DNA from: a virus
Taxonomy: Duplodnaviria; Heunggongvirae; Uroviricota; Caudoviricetes
IMG/VR virus record: IMGVR_UViG_3300035208_005635
Coordinates: 64,001 to 98,792 of that record
Reading direction: 5' to 3' (one strand)
Length of the DNA: 34,792 bases
Positions 9,181-17,348 of this stretch are shown here, one piece after another. A program made the translations under genes and the position numbers. The stretch's first letter is position 1, and each line of letters begins with the position of its first letter. A model generated the notes under the pieces. The model saw nothing but the letters and a program-made list of their open reading frames with translations, was not told the DNA's origin and ran no database searches.

Positions 9181-9361
9181 TTGCGGTTCTCATTTTAATA
9201 ATGAATCCGTTAAAAATTGTCCTATTTGTTTTCCAAGGAGAGTTAAAAAGAGAAGAGATAATCTAGGAATAAAGAGTTTCCTACGTTCTGATATTAAAGA
9301 TAAGAAAAGAACTTCGACAGGGTATTCGCATAGATTAAAAACAGGCGGAAGTTCTGGTTAA
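9161..9361 (+). CDS. Small zinc-ribbon protein
   Basis: CTNCG-x8-CPIC followed by a basic tail. Confidence 0.6.
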   Translation: MIIRCTNCGSHFNNESVKNCPICFPRRVKKRRDNLGIKSFLRSDIKDKKRTSTGYSHRLKTGGSSG

Positions 9362-9365
9362 TACT

Positions 9366-9515
9366 ATGGATAAAATTTGGACACCTTTTATTATAGGTTT
9401 AATTGTTTCTGTCTTTATTTATATTATCGGTTTTGGTTTGGGAGGATTCTTATATAATAATCATAATTTAGAAATAGACTTTTTCCATACTTTTAGGATT
9501 AGTGTAAATTGGTGA
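9366..9515 (+). CDS. Small membrane protein (49 aa, not in ORF track)
   Basis: MDKIWTPFIIGLIVSVFIYIIGFGLGGFLYNNHNLEIDFFHTFRISVNW; one hydrophobic helix; fills the gap exactly with a T-ATG start. Confidence 0.6.
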   Translation: MDKIWTPFIIGLIVSVFIYIIGFGLGGFLYNNHNLEIDFFHTFRISVNW

Positions 9516-9518
9516 TAT

Positions 9519-11306
9519 ATGAAAAAAAATAACGAAGTGATAAGAATAAAAAATAATTCTTTCTATCCTCTGATATCAGTTATAATTGCCAGCAGAGTAG
9601 AAGAAGAGATAAAAACTATTTCTTCTCTAAAAAAACAAACATACGAAAATATTGAAGTAATTATTGAATATGATGTAAATAAAGAAGGAGTAGCCGTAGT
9701 TAGAAACAGAGGAAGAAAAAAAGCAACGGGAAAATTTCTATTCTTTTGTGATAATGATATAAATTTAGAATCCAACGCTCTATCTGATTTATATAATTGT
9801 CTAAAAAAGAATCCTGAATGTGATTGGTCATTTGGAAGATTTTTTATCGGTAACGAAGAATTTAATGTTCGTAAAGAAGAAGTTCCAAAAGAATATGGAG
9901 AAGAGTTTATAAAATATTTCTATGGTATCTCTACAATGTCCTTGATAAGAGCTTCTGCAAATCCTGTTTATGATAATAAATTTATAAGATTTGACGATTG
10001 GGATTTGTGGATTACTCTTAGTAAAAATGGTCATAAGAGTGCCTTCTGTAATTCTTTATTATTTAGAACTGTTTACAGCTCTTCAGGAATTTCATCTAAA
10101 GGTCCTCTACACGAAGATTTTTGGAAAGAAAAAATATATAAGAAACACGGAATACTTTATAAAAAGAAAAAATTGGCTGATATAATAATACCTCATCACA
10201 ATAGACACGAATTTCTTGAAAATCTATTAAAAAGAATACCTAATGATTTATTTAATATTATCCTAGTCTCGGGTGGTAGTTTCGCTGAAAATTGTAATAA
10301 GGGAGCCAAGACAGCTCAAACTGATAAATTAATCTTTTTAAATGATGATACTGAACCTACTATAAATATTTTAATGTCTCTCGCTACTAGTGAAAAAGAT
10401 ATGGTTGGTTGTGCTCAAACAATACCAAAGTATCATCACCTAAGAGGAGTAATATTTTATGGAATAGGATACACATTAACTGAAAATGGAACATTACAAC
10501 CGGGTTTAGCTAGAAAAAGAGAAGAAGTTCGTATTCCATCTGGTTTCTGTTTTTCTATAAAAAAAGAAGTATTTGAAAAATTAGGAGGTTTTGATGAAAT
10601 TTTTGTAAATGGAGCGGAAGACCAAGACTTAGGATTTAAAGTTTTAGAGGCTGGATATGAAATAGATTTTATAACTACTCCTATTCCTCACTACGAAGCT
10701 CAGTCTGAAGGAAGACATAAATTTAGTGGGTTCAATCAAGAACTGTTTGATTGTATCTGGCATAAAGAAAGAATTATTAATTTATTAAAACTAAAACCTA
10801 TGACTATTATAAGCACTGCTAGAGAACAAGAAGAAATTTGTTCAAAAACAGAAGAAGTTCTTTCTAGTAATATTAAGGTTGAGATAGGAACTGCATTCTT
10901 TAAACAAAATTCTTGTGAAAGATTGACTCTAGATGATATTTCTAGAAGAGAAGAAAAATCTGTAAAAGAAATTTTTGTTAAAGATAAACTACAAACTTTT
11001 GAAAAAGAAAGAGCATTAGACGTTTTAAAAAGTTGGCATAGAGTTTTAGAAGATAACGGTAGAATAATTGTTGTAGTGAAAAACGTAAAAAATATTATGT
11101 CTTTGTTTTTACAGACTAGAGAAATTAAATACTTAGATATGATTTATGGAGATACAGATAGCAGAGAAAAGTTTAGTTATGGTTATACGGCAGATAGCCT
11201 AAAGAGTTTAATTCAATCTGCCGGATTCAGAGATGTAAGAGAATTAATGCCGTCAGCAGAATACTATAACTCTCAAACAGACTTAATGATTGACGCAAAA
11301 AAATAA
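9519..11306 (+). CDS. Tandem GT2-GT2 glycosyltransferase with C-terminal methyltransferase-like domain
   Basis: Domain 1: ISVIIASR, FFCDND, DDWDLW. Domain 2: ADIIIPHHN, FLNDDT, GGFDE..VNGAEDQD. C-terminus: LKSWHRVLEDNGRIIVVV (Methyltransf_11-like). Confidence 0.88.
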   Translation: MKKNNEVIRIKNNSFYPLISVIIASRVEEEIKTISSLKKQTYENIEVIIEYDVNKEGVAVVRNRGRKKATGKFLFFCDNDINLESNALSDLYNCLKKNPECDWSFGRFFIGNEEFNVRKEEVPKEYGEEFIKYFYGISTMSLIRASANPVYDNKFIRFDDWDLWITLSKNGHKSAFCNSLLFRTVYSSSGISSKGPLHEDFWKEKIYKKHGILYKKKKLADIIIPHHNRHEFLENLLKRIPNDLFNIILVSGGSFAENCNKGAKTAQTDKLIFLNDDTEPTINILMSLATSEKDMVGCAQTIPKYHHLRGVIFYGIGYTLTENGTLQPGLARKREEVRIPSGFCFSIKKEVFEKLGGFDEIFVNGAEDQDLGFKVLEAGYEIDFITTPIPHYEAQSEGRHKFSGFNQELFDCIWHKERIINLLKLKPMTIISTAREQEEICSKTEEVLSSNIKVEIGTAFFKQNSCERLTLDDISRREEKSVKEIFVKDKLQTFEKERALDVLKSWHRVLEDNGRIIVVVKNVKNIMSLFLQTREIKYLDMIYGDTDSREKFSYGYTADSLKSLIQSAGFRDVRELMPSAEYYNSQTDLMIDAKK

Positions 11307-11318
11307 TTTAATTTTTCT

Positions 11319-11588
11319 ATGGAATTCAAATGGAGATGTCAAAAATGTTTTCGATACTTGTCTAGTATTGAAACAGAGTCACTAAAAAATTCTCTTACAC
11401 AGAGAACTGTTTGTCCTAACTGTAAATCGGAAAATAAGATGACTTTAGAAATAGAGACAGTAATTCTTAGTTGTAGTTTTAGTAAGAAAAGAGAAAGTAA
11501 TATCCATAGAACACTCTTAAAAAAAGCTCCTGATACACAAGGTTACCTTGTGGATAACTGTAAAGGAGAGTCAAAAGTAACCTATTAA
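11319..11588 (+). CDS. Zinc-finger protein, Mu Com-like pattern
   Basis: WRCQKCFRYL...VCPNCKSEN resembles the Com RCxxCxxLL...CPxCxxxN pattern. Confidence 0.5.
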   Translation: MEFKWRCQKCFRYLSSIETESLKNSLTQRTVCPNCKSENKMTLEIETVILSCSFSKKRESNIHRTLLKKAPDTQGYLVDNCKGESKVTY

Positions 11589-11656
11589 TAATATCAGAAT
11601 AGGCAGAGTGATATTATTTAATATTAGGTAAAAATACGACTATTTCCCATAAACCC

Positions 11657-11684
11657 TTGACTTTTTTGACAATAGGTGTATAAT
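11657..11684 (+). promoter_or_regulatory. Sigma70-type promoter for the head operon
   Basis: TTGACT (11657-11662), 16-nt spacer, TATAAT (11679-11684) in the 270-nt gap before the protease gene. Confidence 0.8.
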
Positions 11685-11690
11685 GTAGTC

Positions 11691-11820
11691 AGATAGCATT
11701 AAACTTCGCTTAGTAGGCAATTTAGCGTTTTCTACGCATAACCACGCCTTAAGACTCTAGATATTGAGTTTGGCGTGGTTTTTGCTAATTATCTAATATC
11801 AAAAAAGTTTGCCTTTTTTG
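11691..11820 (+). ncRNA. Candidate structured 5' leader / attenuator-like RNA
   Basis: Perfect stem AACCACGCC (11740-11748)/GGCGTGGTT (11772-11780) with inner GACTC/GAGTT; AGGCAA (11715-11720)/TTGCCT (11809-11814) followed by a T-run; GCGT/ACGC mini hairpin. Confidence 0.45.
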
Positions 11821-11860
11821 AAAAAAATATACTTTTAATAATTATAAAGTAAATAAACCT

Positions 11861-13342
11861 ATGTTGAAATTAAAGCAAAATAAATTAGAAGAAGCTCGTT
11901 TCTCTTTTGCGATGCCTATTCTTAAATGCTATGAAGAAGTTGTAATGACAGAAAAAGGAGAAGAGAAAAAAAGATTTTTAGAGGGAGTTGCTTCTTCGAC
12001 CGATTTAGACTTACACGGAGATATAATGGCTCCTAGTGCTATAAAGTCTATGGCGAATAGTATTAAAGACCATTTAATCGGTTTAAATGCCGAACACGAT
12101 AAATCTTGGCAATCTGACCTAGGGGATGTGACATCTTTGACAGCTAACAAAAATAATCAGCTAGTAATGAAGGCAGAACTAGATGTTACTTCAAAAGCAA
12201 ATGACCTTTGGTATGCTTTAACTGTCAAAAAGAAAGAACTAGGATTATCTATTGGGGGTTTTGTTAAAGATTATGTTCTTGAATGGGACAAAAAGAATGA
12301 ACGTTTTAAAAGAGTTTTTAAAGATATAGAGTTAGACCATATTGCAGTTACTTCTACTCCTGCCAATCCTAAAACTTGGGTAGGTGCTATCTCTAAATCT
12401 ATCGACTCTTTAAAGAGAACAGTAGATATAGACATTTCTAAAATTTCCGAAATGAGTGCAGAAGATGTTGCGGGACTTTTGAATTTATCTTTTCAGAGTT
12501 TGGATAAAGAATCAATTAACGAGTTATTAACTAAGTATAGTCTTAAAAAAATTTCTATGGGAAAAACTTTAAAATCTTCGCTTGAATCTGACGAAGAAAA
12601 GGACAAAGCCACTGAAGAAGAATCTAAAGAAGCCGCTGAAGAAGAGGCTACTGAAGAGGAATCTGAAGAAGCTGAAACCAATTCTGAGGAAGAAACCCAA
12701 GAGAACGAAGAAAAGGAAACAGAAGCTGAAGCTGAGGAAGAAGCTGAAACTGAAGAAACTGAAGAGGAATCTGAAGAAGAATCCTCTGAGGAAACTGAGG
12801 AAGAAGCTGAAACCGAGGAAGAAGCAACTGAAGAGGAAGAGTCTGAGGAAGCCGCTAAAGAAGAGGCTACCGAAGAGGAAGAGGAAAAGACCATAACTTT
12901 AACCCAAAAAGAATTAGATGCCTCTGTTCAAAAAGGTATCGCTGAAGGGTTGAAGAAAGTCTTAAGTGCTCTAATGGGCAAGAAAGGTGAGGCTACTAAA
13001 ACTGAGGAAGACAAAGAGTCTGTAAAGACTGAAAAGTCTAAAAAGGACAAAAAGACTTCCGCAGGCAAGGTTGCTTTATCAGGAACAGAAGAGGTTGTTT
13101 CTCTATTGAAGACTGTTATTAAAAGACAGGATGATATAGAAAGCGAACTCAAAAAAAGACCCGTTAGAAAGACCGTAAAAGCGGTTGCTATTGAAAAGGA
13201 CGAAGAGAAGGAAGAATCTAGAGTAGATTCTGAATTCAAATCTATGGGCGAAGAATTGGCGGATGTTCGAAAAAAGTTTGCTAATGATTCTTCCAAAGCC
13301 TTTATCGAAGCAGGCAAAGTCCGTAGGAAATGGGCGGAATAG
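11861..13342 (+). CDS. Prohead maturation protease (HK97 / herpes-fold family) fused to an acidic scaffold-like region
   Basis: FLEGVASSTDLDLHGDIM, AEHD (His), GLSIGG (Ser), ELDHIAVTSTPANP; then about 100 aa of E-rich repeats and a helical C-terminus. Confidence 0.9.
   Translation: MLKLKQNKLEEARFSFAMPILKCYEEVVMTEKGEEKKRFLEGVASSTDLDLHGDIMAPSAIKSMANSIKDHLIGLNAEHDKSWQSDLGDVTSLTANKNNQLVMKAELDVTSKANDLWYALTVKKKELGLSIGGFVKDYVLEWDKKNERFKRVFKDIELDHIAVTSTPANPKTWVGAISKSIDSLKRTVDIDISKISEMSAEDVAGLLNLSFQSLDKESINELLTKYSLKKISMGKTLKSSLESDEEKDKATEEESKEAAEEEATEEESEEAETNSEEETQENEEKETEAEAEEEAETEETEEESEEESSEETEEEAETEEEATEEEESEEAAKEEATEEEEEKTITLTQKELDASVQKGIAEGLKKVLSALMGKKGEATKTEEDKESVKTEKSKKDKKTSAGKVALSGTEEVVSLLKTVIKRQDDIESELKKRPVRKTVKAVAIEKDEEKEESRVDSEFKSMGEELADVRKKFANDSSKAFIEAGKVRRKWAE
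12589..12890 (+). repeat. Degenerate tandem GAA/GAG-rich repeats encoding an EEEA/TEEE acidic tract
   Basis: Recurrent units such as ACTGAAGAGGAA and GAAGAAGCTGAAAC; GCCGCTGAAGAAGAGGCTACTGAAGAGGAA recurs as GCCGCTAAAGAAGAGGCTACCGAAGAGGAA. Confidence 0.8.
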
Positions 13343-13386
13343 TAACAGCCATTTCACTTTTAGTAATTTAATAAGTCAATTTGCGT

Positions 13387-14391
13387 ATGTATAAAAACGT
13401 TGCTCAAAGCTTGTTAGACGCGGTGAAAGTTTTGCAGAAATCTGAGAATATGAAGGACGGATTGTCCGAAGCCGTCAAAATTCTTGAGAAGACTGTAGAA
13501 ACTACAACCACTTCTACCTATGCTCAACGTGAACATTTGGATACTCGCTTAGCAGACATCACGGATAGAAAAACTCCTTTTCTAGACAGAGTCTCTAAGA
13601 AAAAGGCCAATGGTATCACTCACGAATGGGATATGATTACCGCCTTAGGCAGTAATGATACAGCCACCGCGGAATGTGGAACTCCGCCAGACAATGAAGC
13701 CACAATCACCCGCTATTCGGCTCAAATCAAAACCTTTGCTTCTAAAGTCGAGGTTTGCGACAAAGCTCAATGGGGTGCCTCTGATTACTTCGACTTGATG
13801 GATTTACATTTAATGCACGGAATGAGAAAAATCCTTCAGGATGTCGAAAAGAAATGTTTCTATGGAGACGCTACCGGTTCTCCGAATGAGTTCGATGGTA
13901 TTTATAATATTGTATCGGATTATGCTTCCGGCAATATTGTAGACGCAACTCATCACAAGATTTCTACAACTTATATTGATACTGCTATTCAAGCTGTTAT
14001 CGATAACGGCGGTATGCCTGATACTCTTTGGATATCTGCTAGAGATATTAAAGATTTGGCTACTACTTGGTCTAGTGTTGTAGTTTATAACGACCCGTCC
14101 GCTGGAATGACCTTCGGATACAATGTGGCTCGTTATATGAGTTACGCTGGTCCGATTGATATAACTCTTAACCATTTTATCAATACGACCAATTCTCTGA
14201 ATACTCCTTACGATGATGCCTTCTTGCTGACTATGGGCGAAATCTCTATGGCTGAGTCTGAACCTATGTATAAACTTCCTGTTTATCGCGGTTTGACTCT
14301 TGCTGAGACTCAGTCTGTTGTCTGGAATTGTGTTCTTGAACTACGTATTCCACAATGGATGTCCATCATTAAAGATATTGGAACTGCTTAA
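13387..14391 (+). CDS. Major capsid protein (HK97 fold, SU10-MCP-like)
   Basis: Follows the protease; DITDRKTPFL, THEWD, HGMRKILQDVEKKCFYGD...EFDGI; higher GC and biased codons; strong terminator after it. ATG13387 preferred over TTG13381. Confidence 0.9.
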   Translation: MYKNVAQSLLDAVKVLQKSENMKDGLSEAVKILEKTVETTTTSTYAQREHLDTRLADITDRKTPFLDRVSKKKANGITHEWDMITALGSNDTATAECGTPPDNEATITRYSAQIKTFASKVEVCDKAQWGASDYFDLMDLHLMHGMRKILQDVEKKCFYGDATGSPNEFDGIYNIVSDYASGNIVDATHHKISTTYIDTAIQAVIDNGGMPDTLWISARDIKDLATTWSSVVVYNDPSAGMTFGYNVARYMSYAGPIDITLNHFINTTNSLNTPYDDAFLLTMGEISMAESEPMYKLPVYRGLTLAETQSVVWNCVLELRIPQWMSIIKDIGTA

Positions 14392-14398
14392 AGTTTGT

Positions 14399-14437
14399 AA
14401 GAGAGGTAGGTGGGTGTAATCTGCCTACCTCTCTTTT
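14399..14437 (+). terminator. Rho-independent terminator after the capsid gene
   Basis: GAGAGGTAGGTGG-GTGTAAT-CTGCCTACCTCTC 13-bp stem (two G.U pairs) followed by TTTT. Confidence 0.85.
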
Positions 14438-14472
14438 GAGGGATTTTAATTAAGTAATAAATAAATATACTT

Positions 14473-14916
14473 ATGTCAGAAAATAATAAAGAGGAATTGA
14501 CCTCGGAAGAGGCAAAAAAATTAGAAGAGGCAAAAAAACTAGAAGAAGAAAAGGCAAAAAATAATAAGGATTTTGTTCCTGTTTCAGATAGAAAAGTTAA
14601 AGTTATTTCTCAGACTATTTTTAGCTCTAAGATTGTTGTTGTTTCTGGAATAGCTAAACCTACTAATGGACCTTCTAGAGAAATCTTTAATGTCTATTCT
14701 TTTAATTTAGACGGAGAAACCATAATGACGGAAAAAGATGCTATTCTATTTTGGAAGAATAGAAAAGAATCTCCTGAATGGAGAAATGATATCGAAGTTT
14801 TAGGATTAGACGGCGAGGGTGAATACACAATTAATTACGATTATAAAAAAGTAAAAGATTTATACTCAGTGGAAACTGTCGGTCTTGGCGAAAGCGAGCA
14901 ACAGACCACAAAATAA
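14473..14916 (+). CDS. Hypothetical protein (possible head-associated)
   Basis: N-terminal EEAKKL tandem repeat; first gene after the capsid gene. Confidence 0.65.
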   Translation: MSENNKEELTSEEAKKLEEAKKLEEEKAKNNKDFVPVSDRKVKVISQTIFSSKIVVVSGIAKPTNGPSREIFNVYSFNLDGETIMTEKDAILFWKNRKESPEWRNDIEVLGLDGEGEYTINYDYKKVKDLYSVETVGLGESEQQTTK

Positions 14917-14920
14917 TTCT

Positions 14921-15196
14921 ATGAAAGTTCTCATTCAAAAACATCGCTCTTTTCCTATCTGGAAGTTTTATAGTGAGGATAGGAGTTATTTAGGTCAAAT
15001 ACAAGGAGATGATAAGTCTTCTATAGGTGCTTTGGCTGAAGTTATTTCTGACCTTCTACTAGGAAAAGAGGTAAAAGGTTATAATAAAAATATTCTTTCT
15101 GATGGGAGTATGAATATTACTAATTCAGAAGATAAACGAGTAGCGGCTTTTGACAAAGAATTTATCTCTGTCGGAGAAGCTATTAAAAATCAATAA
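14921..15196 (+). CDS. Hypothetical protein
   Basis: ATG14921 (MKVLIQKHRSF) preferred over TTG14885. Confidence 0.6.
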   Translation: MKVLIQKHRSFPIWKFYSEDRSYLGQIQGDDKSSIGALAEVISDLLLGKEVKGYNKNILSDGSMNITNSEDKRVAAFDKEFISVGEAIKNQ

Positions 15197-15200
15197 ATCT

Positions 15201-15467
15201 ATGGGAGATTCTTATACAAACAATAGAATAGTTCAGATAGATTTTGACGGCTCGACTGTCGGAACTTTATCCGGAACCTGTAAGGAGTTAATTCTATCTT
15301 CGACTCAAGCTTGCTATATTGCTTTTAACACGGCTACTGTGTCTGCTGTTACTGGCTTTATGCTACCGGCTAATTCTCCTGTAGAGATAGACTTAGCCAA
15401 CGTTTCTACTATAACGGCAATAAAAGTTTCTTCTAGCGGAAAACTTACAATACTAGAATTATTCTAA
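15201..15467 (+). CDS. Small beta-rich protein, possible head decoration
   Basis: 88 aa, S/T/A/V-rich, CYIAFN...GFMLPANSPVEIDL; position after the capsid gene; function inferred only. Confidence 0.45.
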   Translation: MGDSYTNNRIVQIDFDGSTVGTLSGTCKELILSSTQACYIAFNTATVSAVTGFMLPANSPVEIDLANVSTITAIKVSSSGKLTILELF

Positions 15468-15490
15468 AAAAAAATAACCAGTAAATAGTT

Positions 15491-16483
15491 ATGAGGATTT
15501 TAATGACCAATTTAAGATTGTCTTGGTATTCGGGGTCTGATACTTATCTCTATACTTTAGGGAAAGAACTAATAGCAAGAGGACACGAGGTATCTATCTA
15601 CTCTCCTAATATTAGTTATGTCTACCAAGGCAGAAGATTTAAAGAAGCAGGTTTTAAGGTTTTTGACAGTTTAGAAACTTCTTTAAATATTTTATCGAAA
15701 GATAAAGAATTTGATGTAATACACGGACAGCATAATCAACCTGTTTCAGAAGTATCAAAATTATTTCCAAAATTGCCAGTCATCTTTGTTAGCCACGGAG
15801 TTTTACCCGAGCCTGAAAAATATCCAAAAGATATTCTCATCTCTGAATATATCGGAGTTTCAGAAGAAGTAGTAGAATTTCAATTTAAAAACATACTGGA
15901 AAACAAAAAAAGAGTTATAAGAAATCCTATAGACTTAGAAAGATTTTCTTATGCTCCTAGAAAAGTTGAAAAAAGATTGAAAGTTCTAATTACCAGTAAC
16001 TATTTTCATAACTCTTGGGTAGGTTCGGAAGTTTGGGAAATGGCTAAAAATCTAGATGCTGATATTACTGTTTTAGGGACTAACGGAAGAATGACTTTTA
16101 ATCCAGAAAAATATATTAAAGATTGTGATATTGGAATAGGCTTGGGTAGAAGTATTCTTGAAGTTATGGCTATGGGAAAACCTGTAATTATAGGAGACTA
16201 CGCAGGATACGATGGAGTTATCACTCCTAAAAATTATAAATTGATAAGACAAAAAAATTTCTCTAGTAGAACAAATAAAGAACAACGGACAGGTGAAAAA
16301 TTGACTAAAGAAATAAAGAATATTTTTTCTGGTGATTACCTAAAAATGGGGAAAGATAATAGAGAAATAATAGAGAAATATCATAATGTTAAATTAATCG
16401 CGGATAGATTTGAAAATATTTATAAAGAAGTAACTTTATGCAAACAGCCTTTAAACAACCAGACGGAAGTGTCAAATGGGTGA
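15491..16483 (+). CDS. Glycosyltransferase, GT-B fold (GT4-like)
   Basis: YSGSDTYLYTL..EL..RGHEV, FDVIHGQH, VIRNPIDLERF, GRSILEVMAMGKPVI. Confidence 0.92.
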   Translation: MRILMTNLRLSWYSGSDTYLYTLGKELIARGHEVSIYSPNISYVYQGRRFKEAGFKVFDSLETSLNILSKDKEFDVIHGQHNQPVSEVSKLFPKLPVIFVSHGVLPEPEKYPKDILISEYIGVSEEVVEFQFKNILENKKRVIRNPIDLERFSYAPRKVEKRLKVLITSNYFHNSWVGSEVWEMAKNLDADITVLGTNGRMTFNPEKYIKDCDIGIGLGRSILEVMAMGKPVIIGDYAGYDGVITPKNYKLIRQKNFSSRTNKEQRTGEKLTKEIKNIFSGDYLKMGKDNREIIEKYHNVKLIADRFENIYKEVTLCKQPLNNQTEVSNG

Positions 16484-17322
16484 ATTATCAAAATTTACCC
16501 AATCTTGCTGGAGACAGAAAGATACAGGATAGACAAAAGTTCATTGAAGAAGATTTTAAAGATGCTAGTGTTCTCGATTTAGGCTGTTGGGGAGGTCAAA
16601 TGATGCTAGAGGCAAAAAGATTGGGAGCAAAAGAAGTTCAAGGAATAGAAATAGATAGAGATGCCATAAAGTTAGGAAGAGAACTAGGTCTTAATATATT
16701 AAGAGATGATTTAGAAAATCCTTTTCTGTGGAAGAGTCTAGATAATTACGATGTTATTCTCTGCTTGGCTATTCTTGGAAATATGAAAAATAAAATTGCT
16801 GTTTTGACTAATGCTTCTCCTCTTGCCAAAGTTATGTATGTAGAAGGACACGGAAAGCAATATTTGTTTTCTAGAGCTGATTGGATGGATTTATTTCTAA
16901 CTTATACTTCTTTTAAAACTATAGAATATATAGGAGATGTTACTACTAGACCTTTATTCAGATTATCAAGAGAAGAAAAAACTATTGATTATATAAAAAG
17001 TAAAAATTATAAACGAATAGCTTTAATTGGAAAACCGGGAGCAGGAAAAACATTCCTAACAAAATATTTTCCTGAGTATATAATTTACACAGATACGGAA
17101 AAAGGTTTAATTGGAGATAGAATAGTTGTAGATAGCCACGGAGCTTTAACTCTTTCTAATTTCGATTGTGTCATAAACGTAATAGCGGACTTAGATATTA
17201 GAAAGAAAAGAATTTCAGAAAGAGCAGAAACAACTGAGGATAGTGTGTCTAATTTTTCTGATACTATTAGTCCTTTATATGTAAAAGGAGAGTATGATTT
17301 TTTCACAATATCTAATAATTAG
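16438..17322 (+). CDS. SAM methyltransferase fused to a P-loop kinase-like domain
   Basis: VLDLGCWGG and GIEID in the N-terminal half; IALIGKPGAGKT Walker A and DLDIRKKRISER lid-like segment in the C-terminal half. Confidence 0.8.
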   Translation: MQTAFKQPDGSVKWVNYQNLPNLAGDRKIQDRQKFIEEDFKDASVLDLGCWGGQMMLEAKRLGAKEVQGIEIDRDAIKLGRELGLNILRDDLENPFLWKSLDNYDVILCLAILGNMKNKIAVLTNASPLAKVMYVEGHGKQYLFSRADWMDLFLTYTSFKTIEYIGDVTTRPLFRLSREEKTIDYIKSKNYKRIALIGKPGAGKTFLTKYFPEYIIYTDTEKGLIGDRIVVDSHGALTLSNFDCVINVIADLDIRKKRISERAETTEDSVSNFSDTISPLYVKGEYDFFTISNN

Positions 17323-17348
17323 AATGTTAAGAGGAAATAGAAAAATTT

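Noticed and set aside
11666-11671. Second TTGACA hexamer in the head promoter
   Set aside because: Only 7 nt from TATAAT and no convincing -10 at 16-18 nt downstream.
12589-12890. CRISPR array
   Set aside because: The repeats are in-frame degenerate codon repeats without unique spacers; no array or cas genes seen anywhere in the window.
12493-13357. Reverse-strand and alternate-frame ORFs over the protease acidic tract (12493-12894, 12582-12896, 12928-13317, 13103-13357)
   Set aside because: Poly-Ser and poly-Lys shadows of the GAA-rich repeat; no independent coding signal.
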